The notes beneath the pieces were generated by a model. The model was not told the origin of the DNA. It searched no databases and worked only from the letters and a program-made list of their open reading frames with translations. From Phoronis australis (lineage: Eukaryota > Animalia > Phoronida), in the NCBI GenBank assembly GCA_002633005.1, contig NMRA01000116.1, positions 786,047-850,046 on the forward strand: a stretch of 64,000 bases of DNA, given 5' to 3'. The position numbers and the translations under genes are program-made. Below are positions 53,730 through 64,000 of this stretch, in pieces (position 1 is the stretch's first letter; each line of letters opens with the position of its first letter).

Positions 53730-54420
53730 TACCTAGCCTCCACGTCACACTCCTCAACCTGCTGGTGCAAACCAAAAACAACAAGACATCGTGTCAGCTA
53801 CAAACGCGGACCTGCACATGTTTGCCTCTGTCTCTGGGTGCGCACTGTTGTGTGTGGTTGCGGTGGAAAACAGTACATCGAGCGCCACCTGTGAAGAGAC
53901 GTGCTCTGCGTGAACTTGGAATCTTGCTTAATCTCAAGATCACGGATACGTGTTCCTTGGAACACACGAAGAAACGTAACATGTTCACTCACATAATCAT
54001 GTTCATGTTAAAAATTTGTACTTCACTAAACCAAATTGCATGCTAGATAACGTAAATTTCAAATTTCAAAAATATCATCGATCTTATTCACCAAACAATA
54101 ATTGATTAACCATTCAAATATTCCTCCAATTCTTTGACACAAGTTACGCTAAGAGAGAAAATATTTGACCAAGAGGCCTATAATTACAAAAATTCTTTAC
54201 ACTGACATAAATTTTCTTCTCATTGTCCAAATGAATGTTGAATTCCAGGTTTACGCAGACGCAATCATGAGATTAAGCAGGATTCCAAGTTCACGCACAG
54301 CAGCGCGAAACGTGATGACGTATTTCACAAGAGGCTGCCGGTTAGCCGATGGAGTACAGCAATGAGATAAATTATATTATAGCTCAGAAAAGGAGTGCGC
54401 TGTCGGAGTGAAGTGGGTCA
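53730..54420. promoter_or_regulatory. Putative bidirectional promoter between the NWD-like gene and CMC2
   Basis: Locally CpG-richer segment between divergent genes, with candidate first-exon donors at ~53732 (minus, TAG|GTACGG) and ~54417 (plus, TGG|GTCAGT). Inferred only. Confidence 0.45.
53902..54302. mobile_element. ~400-bp MITE with ~40-bp TIRs
   Basis: TGCGTGAACTTGGAATCTTGCTTAATCTCA...TGAGATTAAGCAGGATTCCAAGTTCACGCA; a diverged inverted relative lies at 18208-19593. Confidence 0.75.
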
Positions 54421-54929
54421 GTCAGGAAGATTTGTGTCATTGAAAACTGCTAAGCCTGTTTCCTTTAGCTTCTGGTGGCTTCAGCATTTCGATACAGACG
54501 TGTGCCTAGACCAAGTCGTGTACACCGCCGTGGTTTGCCAGCCAGGTATTGATTGAACAGTAATTGAATTGAAGACTATCACGTAGCCAACAGGTTTGCA
54601 TTGGTGTAAACAACTATAACGAACTGTTGTTTCGAAATCTTGAAATTCACTTCCAATGTGACGAAATGAACAGCTTGACACTGATTTCATAACAGTAAAT
54701 TACCTGAACAATTTTTTGTGATGGGAGGCACCTGTTTAACTTTTATTGATACTTTATAGACACTTTAACCAAGCGTAACAGAACGGAGCGTTTTAAAGTG
54801 AACTTTTCAGGAAAATTCAATTTTAAGTTGATTAAGAGTGTTCCATCTAATGGCACAGTATTCTGCCCAGTTAACTGACTATCAAGTGCTTGTTACTGAT
54901 CTTCACTCATTGTCGCCCACAGTTGCATC

Positions 54930-57300
54930 ATGCACCCTGATCTGTCTCCTCATCTTCACACTGAAGAATGTAATGCAGCCATACAGGCTCTCTTGACATG
55001 TCGGACACAGGTGGGTATAGAGACACTGTGGCTCTGCTGATAACCCATTCAAAAATAACCTCTGAGATTCACAGTTTAGATGATGACCTATGGCAAAACT
55101 TATCCCGTTTGGGACAGTGGAAAGATAAATATTTCATAGAAGGCTGTAACTTGCACCAAATTTTGGAAATTTGAACTATTGGACATCCCAAATTTAAAGG
55201 GCTGGTAGCAGTTTTTACTGAGACATGTAAAGGAGTAGTGTTTCTTTTCATGAACTTCCAAATTTATTTCCAGTTCCTGTTTGCAAAAACACACAGTGGC
55301 CTTGAGAGATATGATATATGCAGAAATCTCCCATGTCCCAAATTTCAGAATCAGGAAGTTCAATTCCAGCTTGGATTTTGGTGTCCCAAGTTTTGGAGAC
55401 TGTCCCAAATTGTAGAATTTTTACCACTATTTAATAAAATTGAAGCTTGAATGGAGTTAGTTTAAACTATTTCGTTTTCGTTTTTGTCGAAGGTGTAAAG
55501 CTGAGAAAAGATCAAAGCAGAAACCAAAATCTATGAATTAAAAAGTCACTGCTTTGTTTTATTTCGGTAAAAACTTTCAATTCTGATTTTTGTGATGACT
55601 GTTCTTCAAGGGTTCTCTCACCAGAAATTGCCCTTGTTGATACTGTTGTTCTTACAGTTTTATTTCAAATTTTTGATAAACGAAATGAGTGCTAAGAAAA
55701 ACTCCATGCAATAAAGATTTAAGTTGTGTTTATTTGTTATTGTATTTTCAAGTCTATCCTTAAAGTCAATTTGGTTAGGAAGTATTAATTTTAAAAATTT
55801 TGATAACAAATTTGTTGTTGACAAATTCAAGTTATTGCTATTGATGGACAACATTTTTGACTCTTAAATTCTCTTAAGAATTACTTTACTAGGTGTTGTA
55901 TTTCGATTGAAGTGTTTTCTTTCAAAATAGGGGATTTTGCCGAGACAGGCATCAGAACTTACAAATTCCAGCTGAACTAATGCTTGAGGATGTGTTAAAA
56001 AATTACACTCATTCTGTTTAGAACCCATGGAAGAAGTTCCTAGGTGCATGTAACCAACTGGATGTTGTCATGAACCAGTGTCTTAAAAAGGAGGTATGTC
56101 TTTAACTCAACCCAGTTAAAACTTCACGTCATACACTTACCATTCTTGTGTACAATAGGGCCACCCTGGATTACACAGCGACACTTAAATCTTGCTCTAT
56201 TTACCTACAATGCCGTTAACATCCGCCAGGCCTCGTTTTCACGCCACTGGAGTTTCCCATGTTCTTTGTTGTTGTCTGATTCTTTACAAGTTTTTCTCGG
56301 TTGCATTACTCTATTCATCCTTCCAATTACAATGAAGTATTATCACTGCTGTCGGCCGCAAATCCGACATGAAAAAGTTTGAAGAACTGGACACACCCGT
56401 CGAAGTGTGATCTGAAATTTTTTGCCTTCTCAACATCAATGAGAGACAAAAAAAGTGTGCCTGATTTCCAAAGTGAGGCCACGTGCTTTCTTATCACCAT
56501 GACAATGGAAAGTTCTGTTGCTGTGTAATCTGGGAAGGCCGTGTTGTATTTAATCAACAGATTGGAAATACATAACATCTTGCTCCATGCTAACAGTTCA
56601 AAGCTTACAGGCCAAGTGTCCAAACAAGCCTACTAGTAATATCTGTATTTGTTATTCTATTTGCCTGACCTGTATGTTTTGACTCAGTACCCTTTACAAG
56701 ACCTTGAGGGAGTTTTTTCTCAATTCTTCCTCTTTCTAGTTTTAATAAGGAAGTATTTAACATGTCTATAGTTTTAATTGCAATTTTAAAATACTTGGCA
56801 GATTGTGCTGTGGAACTGGTAGAACATCACTAATTACCATTTGCCGTACGAATACTATTTGTATGCAACTGCACATGTGCATGTGGTCACATATTGTCAT
56901 CGTGTCCACGCGTCTGCTCAGTATCTTAAAAACCCCTGTGTACAAGCACTTTTGTGTCAGTTATGACTGTTGCAAATATCTCTTGTGGTTGTCTAATTGT
57001 ACCTCTCTTGAACCTGATAAGTATCCCTAGGAACATGCCATTTGCGGTTCACTTGGTTGTAGAACAGTGCTTTGCTTTGCTCTTGTTGTTCCTTGGGAGT
57101 CATTTGGAATTGGAAACAATGTGGATTATGGGAGTTGAATTTATTCAGTATTTAAATGCTAATTTCACTGTCTTGTATTTTAGAGACAAGCAAAAAGACT
57201 GAAGAATAGGGAACCAGATGTTCAAAAGCAAGAGAAAATTAGACAGAGGTTAGAGAAAGAGAAGGCAGAAGAGTCTGCAAGGAAACAGAATGCTTGTTAA
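54930..57300 (+). CDS. CMC2: COX assembly mitochondrial protein 2 homolog (twin CX9C), 89 aa; coding exons 54930-55010, 56022-56093, 57184-57300
   Basis: Manual translation MHPDLSPHLHTEECNAAIQALLTCRTQ|NPWKKFLGACNQLDVVMNQCLKKE|RQAKRLKNR...AC*. The N-terminus is the characteristic CMC2 sequence; two CX9C motifs; phase-0 GT-AG introns; acceptor at 54922 implies an upstream non-coding exon. Confidence 0.93.
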
Positions 57301-57406
57301 ACTGGCCAATCAAACGTGAGCTGGAAACAGAGTGCTTGTTAAACTGGCCAATCAAACGTGAGCTGGTAACAGAGTGCTTGTTATACTGGCCAATCAAATG
57401 TGAGCT
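57281..57406 (+). repeat. Tandem repeat, 3 x 42 bp, overlapping the CMC2 stop
   Basis: GGAAACAGAATGCTTGTTAAACTGGCCAATCAAACGTGAGCT x3 with few substitutions. Confidence 0.92.
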
Positions 57407-57448
57407 GTGATGTTTTTAAAGTGATACCTTTGGATTTGTTTCTTAAAC

Positions 57449-58702
57449 ATGTCTAACGCACAAGCACTACCTTGTATGTTAGATGATCTGTTTACTGCAA
57501 TTGGACAGGGAAATGTTGATCTTGTAAAGAAACTCGTAGGGGAAGGAGCAGATATAAACTCCTCAGGAGTGAACGTCCCTCCACTGGTCTATGCTGTTCA
57601 GTTGGAGCCTGACCATTTGTTGATTATGGACCAGGAAGGGAGATTAGACACACCTTACCACAGCTGTCTGATTGACGGGGATCCCATGACAGATTCAGTT
57701 ATAGACACTCATCCAGTCTCGGACATTGTGAAGTTTCTGTTGAGTCTAGATGGAACTGATGTGAATATTCATGGCACGAATAGTAGGAGTCCGTTACACA
57801 CTGCTGTGGAGAACTCTCTGGCTGGGACAGTGAGGGAACTTCTGAAGAAAGGTGCTGATGTTAATGTAAAAGACAAGATGTCAGGGAGGACTCCTCTGCA
57901 TTATGCAGCGAGACAGGGTTGTGCGGCTCTCATCACCTTACTATTAAACCATGGAGCTAGTGTTGATGCTGTGGACGATACTGGTCGCACACCGTTGTAT
58001 ATGGCTGTCACCAACTCTGAGGTGCCCTTCTCCATTATACAGCTGCTACTGCAGTCTGGCAGCTCAGTGAATGTGCTCGACTACAACACTGGACGAAGCT
58101 TGTTACATGAAGCTGTGTATGATGTCAGTGACATTAACACTACCATTCAGATCATCAATTTACTAATGTCAGCTGGCGCTCTGTTTGTCACCGATGGTTT
58201 TGGCATGAATCCTGTTCACGAATCATTCAAGTGGAATGCTTTCTCTTGTTTGACTGAGTTTGTCAGGCACGGTGCTGAAATCGAAACTCTTTTGTCTGAG
58301 TTTGGTGAGGCCACGCTCTGCGAAATTTTATTGACTAAAATTGCTAATTTATATAGTGCTGGTGTTGACTGTGTAAAGCTTGGTGAACTTAAGATGCTTT
58401 TTCATGTAATAGAGGGAGACGGGTACTCACTGAAGGGAGATAGCTTTGTAAAAAACTTGAAATATGACACCTTCAGTAGCAGTGCTCAAGACTGTAGTAA
58501 ACTTGTGAAGTTTGTTATAGAGCTAAAGAACAGATTTCCCACATTGCAAAACCTTTGCAGACATCAAATTAGGAGTTGTTTGAAAGCTTGTGCAAACCAA
58601 CAGCAGTCCATAATACCACTGATTGATTCACTGGAAATTCCTCATAATGTCAAGGAGTATCTGTCCCTGAGTACAAAGTGTTGTACGGAGGAAAGCCTAT
58701 GA
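57449..58702 (+). CDS. Intronless ankyrin repeat and SOCS-box protein (ASB-like), 417 aa
   Basis: Uninterrupted ORF with ankyrin repeats (SPLHTAV, GRTPLHYAA, GRTPLYMAV, GRSLLHEAV) and C-terminal SOCS box PTLQNLCRHQIR...IDSLEIPHNVKEYL. AATAAA at 58908. Confidence 0.9.
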   Translation: MSNAQALPCMLDDLFTAIGQGNVDLVKKLVGEGADINSSGVNVPPLVYAVQLEPDHLLIMDQEGRLDTPYHSCLIDGDPMTDSVIDTHPVSDIVKFLLSLDGTDVNIHGTNSRSPLHTAVENSLAGTVRELLKKGADVNVKDKMSGRTPLHYAARQGCAALITLLLNHGASVDAVDDTGRTPLYMAVTNSEVPFSIIQLLLQSGSSVNVLDYNTGRSLLHEAVYDVSDINTTIQIINLLMSAGALFVTDGFGMNPVHESFKWNAFSCLTEFVRHGAEIETLLSEFGEATLCEILLTKIANLYSAGVDCVKLGELKMLFHVIEGDGYSLKGDSFVKNLKYDTFSSSAQDCSKLVKFVIELKNRFPTLQNLCRHQIRSCLKACANQQQSIIPLIDSLEIPHNVKEYLSLSTKCCTEESL

Positions 58703-59841
58703 CGTCCCCTGTAACTGCTGTTGTATGATACTTTTGGTCTCCTTCATAACTGGGATGATAATAGCAGATGAAACCACTCTGATTTTATTAGTCACGTGGA
58801 TAAAACTGTAATGTTCTTACATTTGCAGAATTGTGTGAGGTGGACTTGTAGAATCTTCAGGTCATTTGATTATCCGGCATTACCCAGACATGATCAGATT
58901 TATGCTTAATAAAGTTCCCTGTATACCTGATCATGCAGCGATTCCTTTCATTTGTATTCAGTGCATTGCTTTTACATGGACATTTTTAGCACAAGCACTT
59001 GTTGTCAGAAAAAGGTTCCTGCTGACGCATTAGTTATCATGCTTGTTGAGTTCTTGAATGCTCCCCAAATGAAAGGATACTTTGCTTATTGGGCACTGGG
59101 GATTTCCTGTTAAATAGATCTTTCTTTTTGAACATCACTGCAACTGCAGGATAGTGTGCATGAGTACGGTAGGGTAACCAGTATTTTCTGTCACAAACAA
59201 ATTTCACAGATGGGTTTGGTATTATTGTATGGGAAGATTGTCCAGAAAAATCACTTGGGGTAGCAATTGTTTAATACAAAAGCGTAATTCAATGGAATAT
59301 TCAGGGATGCTCTTCCAAAAGGACCCTGAACCCTCTTTTAGGGATTTCAACCAATTATCGTTTTGTCACCTGCTAAATGCATCTTTGGCATCCCACTTGA
59401 GTGAAATAAACAATATTCAACTAAAAGCACCACTATATTCACTGTCATAGATTGGATACTGTGATTTTGATGGGCGTGGTCTTCCCATATAGTCGTGTAA
59501 CTCTGGTAAACTGTAGGTCACGTGTGCCTTGGTAAGGAGTTTTCAAATAATAATTGTAACAATGATTACTTAATTTGAACAAGAGGCTACGACCTACATG
59601 TACAGTTCACAAAAGTATGTACAAACTTTACACATGACTGTACACAGCCATTAAGGATTTAATATTTTGTTTATGACCATAGTTGCTTTTTTATCTACTT
59701 TGAAATTTTTTAAAAGTGTTTGCTGTTATCGAGTTAAAAAGAGACCTGTTATCGTGGCGACATGGTATGAATACATGTATATTTCTTAAATCTACCAGCA
59801 CTGGACAACCTCACATGAAACGCTCTTCTGCCTCACTCTCT

Positions 59842-59940
59842 CCTGCAGTTTTCAAATGTTACTCCGAACTTTTGAGGGTACTCGAGGGTTAAATAACCCT
59901 TGAGTGCCCTCGAAAGTTCGTAACATTTGAAAACTCCAGG
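59842..59940. other. ~99-bp near-perfect palindrome/hairpin
   Basis: CCTGCAGTTTTCAAATGTTAC..CGAACTTTTGAGGGTACTCGAGGGTTA / TAACCCTTGAGTGCCCTCGAAAGTTCGTAACATTTGAAAACTCCAGG. Confidence 0.85.
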
Positions 59941-60403
59941 TTTGCATGAGGAAGTTGATTCTAATATCTGTCATTAGGTCAAAAACGGATTTGATATCCT
60001 TTTAACAGTGGGATACTTTTTTGAAGCAATATTGCGACTGATTTTTTATTTTTATTTCACGAGAATAGGTAAATATACGACAATTCTGTACAGAAATTGA
60101 AATTAATATTTTATCTGGGCGTCAGATAAACATTGTAAAAATTAATTACCATGCAAGTTTGACGTCTGATCATGTGGGACCGGAAAATAGAGGTCAAGGA
60201 GGCAATTCCGCTCTTGCTTAAAAAGCAGCGCGTTTAATGACACACTGTAAAAGGGCCTCTTAACTAAGTCAGACGATTTCCCTGGGTCCCCGCTGCCACG
60301 AAAAAATATCTCCTGGTAGAGCTTGGTGGCGACAAGTCACCACCGAGTCCCACGAGATTTTTTAAGATATTTATTGCAAGAGACTAATTGGACTTAAGTC
60401 CAG

Positions 60404-60654
60404 GGGTGAGTTTCATGAAAGTGACTTAAGACAGAAATTTGGTCTTGCTCAGGCTCTCACTTAACAATTAGTGAATAAAGATTTGCTCATCATGGTCTAG
60501 GGATAATTTACAGAAATTAGCTCAGTAGCTAGCAGTTATGTGTATATTCTCAGGCTGTACTTTTGTTCAAGTGATATTTGATTATTTTTCATAAATAGTT
60601 TATGGAGCACAAGACTTCTGTCGTGACTTAAGTCACTTTTCTTGAAACAGACTC
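60404..60654. mobile_element. PIF/Harbinger-like MITE with CAG TSD; relatives at ~26161-26440 and ~31627-31765 (truncated)
   Basis: TIR GGGTGAGTTTCATGAAAGTGACTTAAG / CTTAAGTCACTTTTCTTGAAACAGACTC flanked by CAG; shared internal AAGACAGAAATTTGGTCTT motif in all three. Confidence 0.65.
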
Positions 60655-61559
60655 CAGAAGGTGCAATGAAGTACAACTCACGTGATCATACCTCATTTCT
60701 TCCTAAAGTCTCCCAGGCCTCTCAACCCTGCGGTATCCTTGAAATTTTGCAGAAATGCTCTTATCAAGTATGGGAGACCACGGATTCTACTAACTTGCTC
60801 TATGGTCATTTTGTCTAGGCTCTGATCTCCGCCGGCCTTAAGTTGAGGGTACCATTAGTCAGGACTGGCACCGAAACGTGTGTGTCAAACGTTATTGCGT
60901 AGGCTACTTAATGCACTGGTAAGAAATGCGGTAGTGCCGGCTGCGGAGAACGTTCATTTTTGTTTTTATTGTGATATTTTCGGCTCAAATTGTTGACGAA
61001 AAAGGAATATAAAACTCGAGATATCAACGACAGTGCTTTGGTCGCTAAAGTCGACCACTGTATTCGCCAAAGTTGGGACTTCTTACATAGTTCAAAGCTA
61101 AGGTGAAAAGGGCGATAAATCTGTGACCAAACAGGCTATAAGCTATCTGCGCTGGATCATGATCACGCAAAAGGACACGGAGATAAAGCTGTATATCTCA
61201 AAACCTGTTCGATCAGCTGGGAGAGTACAATAACTGACGTGGATTTCGGGATGGCTGCTGTGGAGTACTCTAGTGGCAATTTTATATTTCTTTGCGTATA
61301 CATCTCATGTTGAATTTGTATCAATTGCGAAACAATATGTCAAATGGAGTTTCTAGTATCGCTTTAGTTGTGACCGCTCCTTAATTTTCTTTGCCAGCGT
61401 AGTGCTTTTGGCTTGGTCAAAAGACATAGCTCGACGTTATTAGTTCAAAATGATGGGCGTAAAGCAAACATATTATTTTCGGAATGTCTTTAATTGTCGA
61501 TGTATTGTCGTAAATAGTTTGTCTTGTTACAAGTATTTGTTAACAGGCGGCACTAGCCG

Positions 61560-63703
61560 TCACATGTAAACAACAGTATCATACTGCCGGTGAGGCGTGT
61601 CCAACTGGCTGGGAATCGTAAAGGAACTTGTTGAGTCGTTCAACTCCCGACATGGAGCCCCACTGGCTCCAGTATCAGTTGAAGCACCAGTCAACTTCCT
61701 TGTCGTGTAGGAGTACTTGGATGACCTTGAACACTTTGATTTCTCAACGGCAGGGTGGTGCTCTGCAGACCTATTCCCTCGTTGGGATGAATGAGCACCT
61801 GTTGTGGTTTCTGTAGACCCAGGGCTGCTTACCATCGTATCATTTGCTTTGCTGTCTGGGTCACTTTGCGTTTTGGAAGCAGATTCTTTCACGCTTAATT
61901 CATCAGTAATCATGGGCGTCGTATTTCCTGTTGAATGCTTCATTGTGTTATCAGAGGATTTAATTGGCGTGATGGACGTGGACCTTGAAGGGTTGCTACT
62001 ACCGCAAACACTTCTGGTGGTGTCTGATATCTCCGAGCGGGTGTGCGCTGTGGACAACACGACGCTCGCGTCAGTGTTGCCGTATTTTGACGAACCGTCA
62101 TCGTCCTCGTCATCGTTGTCGCTTGAACTTACTTGAACTGACATACTGGATATCGAGTAGTTACTTAAGGACGAATCATCCTCCTCCTCGCCACTGTCAC
62201 TTGTGCTGCTGTCGTCGAGACCTTTTTGTGTGCTAACAGCCGGAAGATCGCCACCGTTACTAATCTGATCTGCTGAGCCAATGTCACTGCCTGCTGTCTT
62301 ATCAACGTGATAATCGTCACCCATTGTGGTATTACCTTCGTGGTCAGTGCCGCTGACGGTATAATGGACAAGCTCTTCATGTTTGGAATGCGAAATGTCG
62401 GAATTAGGCTGCGCAACCAACTTGACTTCGTTATCAATTACCGTTTCTTCCTTTTTATCAGACCTTGTTTCATTGAAACGGGCGAAGGATTGACTTTTAA
62501 TTGTTTCAAGAGATAACATTTCCGCCGAGGTTGTCTGCACACATTTGTCTTCCGTAGATGCCCGACTCTCTGTTTGAACGGAGCTCTCGACACTTTCTTC
62601 CACAATGGTCGGCAAATTAGCTAAAGGTGACGTTGGTTTGCTACTTTCCAGACACTCCTCTTGGTGGAACAAACTTTTTGCTATTGTTCCTAAGGAAATG
62701 TCGGCAGCAGATGTGTCACCTGATTGGTGGGTGCACGACTGAAGGACCACTGTGCTCTTTATTGGACTGACGCTGCTGCTTAAGCAGTCTCCTTCGCCGT
62801 GTCGCATGTTTGCGAGGAATGCAGTAGGCGAATCGCCTTCGGAGCCCCATATTTTGTACTTGTCGCCAGATCCGAAACAGCGCCTCAGCTCTGTAGAGGA
62901 TTCGTGCATTTGTATTATGTATCGCAGACGGCTCAGCTCATTTTCGAACTTTGACTTCTCTCGCCTATCTTCTAATTTGAGTAACTCTAGCTCAGCAATC
63001 TGAAATACAAGCATCAAAAACTTTAACACTAGATGGGCCACCTCTTCTTGGAAAGAATAATGTATGATGAATTTTGAGGAATATTAAAGGGATACTAAAT
63101 CCTGTCATGTTGATTTCTGTCTATACCAATCTTGTCACGTGGTATTAAACGATTAGCATCTGTACTGCGGTATAGAAAGCTCCATCACGAACTTCGTTGA
63201 CCGTCACAAAATATACCCAAAAATAGACCCAGTTGATCGAGGTAGACGATATTTCCACACCGCGGTCGACTTACTCCCTTAAAACATTATCCACGCTTGC
63301 TTAGCAAACTTGACTATGCGTTCAATTATTAACAAATATTAACTCCCGCTAGAAGCTTTGTCAGTAACAAGATAAATGGTCTGCAATCCTCATCAATATT
63401 CAAAAGTTGGGAGCAAGTTTGAAAACTCTTTGTAAATTAGCTTTCAAAATCGATTGTCTTTGTCCCACTGCCTACCAAAATGCTGAACTTGTATCTGCCC
63501 TGTATTCCAATGCTTGAATTTTATGTTTTATGGATGACTAAGAGTACCCCTTTTCACCGAGAAGAGTCGATCACATCTCTGTCAATCAATTCTTAGTTTA
63601 TTTTTGTTGAGTTGTACCTTTATTTCCAGTTGTCGAATTTGATCTTCTGCGTCAAGGTTCTTCAGCACGTCCTCAAATGCAACATTCAACTCATCGAGTT
63701 TAC
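61560..63703 (-). CDS. 5'-partial unidentified gene: coiled-coil exon 63703-63618 plus large Ser/Thr/Asp-rich low-complexity exon 62999-61560
   Basis: KLDELNVAFEDVLKNLDAEDQIRQLEIK|IAELELLKLEDRREKSKFENELSRLR joins in phase over a GT-AG intron, followed by a ~480-codon open frame. Minus-strand AATAAA near 60965. No family recognised. Confidence 0.75.
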
Positions 63704-64000
63704 CTTAAAGATAAAAAACACAAGATTAATCCTTAAAGGATTTTAAAAAGATATAAAATCTTAAAAGGCTTACAGGGTACTGAACTGATGTCTTTATTTA
63801 GAACCGTTAGCCTGTGTGGTCAGATTACATATTTGCTACTTATAAACAATTATAAAACTCCATATCGCTTACAGAACTATTTACTTTCTAACTACTATTT
63901 AAACCACATATTATAGCACCATAGCAGCAGTGTCAGACCCACAGCCGATTTAGCACTTTGTGGTTATAAGGCCAGGACTAACCTCACCGATAAAAGGTGG

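Noticed and set aside
57298-57449. Stop-codon readthrough fusion of CMC2 and ASB
   Set aside because: The ORFs are out of frame (148-nt gap) and a second in-frame TAA follows at 57340.
61628-63003. Several plus-strand ORFs
   Set aside because: Antisense shadows of the long Ser-rich exon.

Overview
AT-rich, intron-rich eukaryotic DNA, most consistent with an invertebrate animal draft assembly (one N gap at 29950-30115 and a single-N junction at 45422). It contains the 3' ten exons of RPA1 (+), a complete 8-exon DHRS11-like short-chain dehydrogenase (-) lying tail-to-tail with it, a ~28-kb NWD-type NACHT + WD40 gene (-), and CMC2 (+, twin CX9C; absent from the ORF track because its exons are short). 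An intronless ankyrin/SOCS-box ORF starts only 148 nt after the CMC2 stop. The 3' part of an unidentified coiled-coil/Ser-rich gene (-) ends the window. Introns carry many small transposons: a THAP/Kolobok-type relic built from two left ends, 5-bp-TSD MITEs with a tRNA-like Pol III cassette, a Helentron-associated-type element carrying a phased array of CTCF-like motifs, other MITEs, LINE 3' fragments and minisatellites. The strongest lead is the CMC2-ASB arrangement (candidate bicistronic or nested unit). All calls were made by eye, without database searches; TE boundaries and some NWD exons are approximate.
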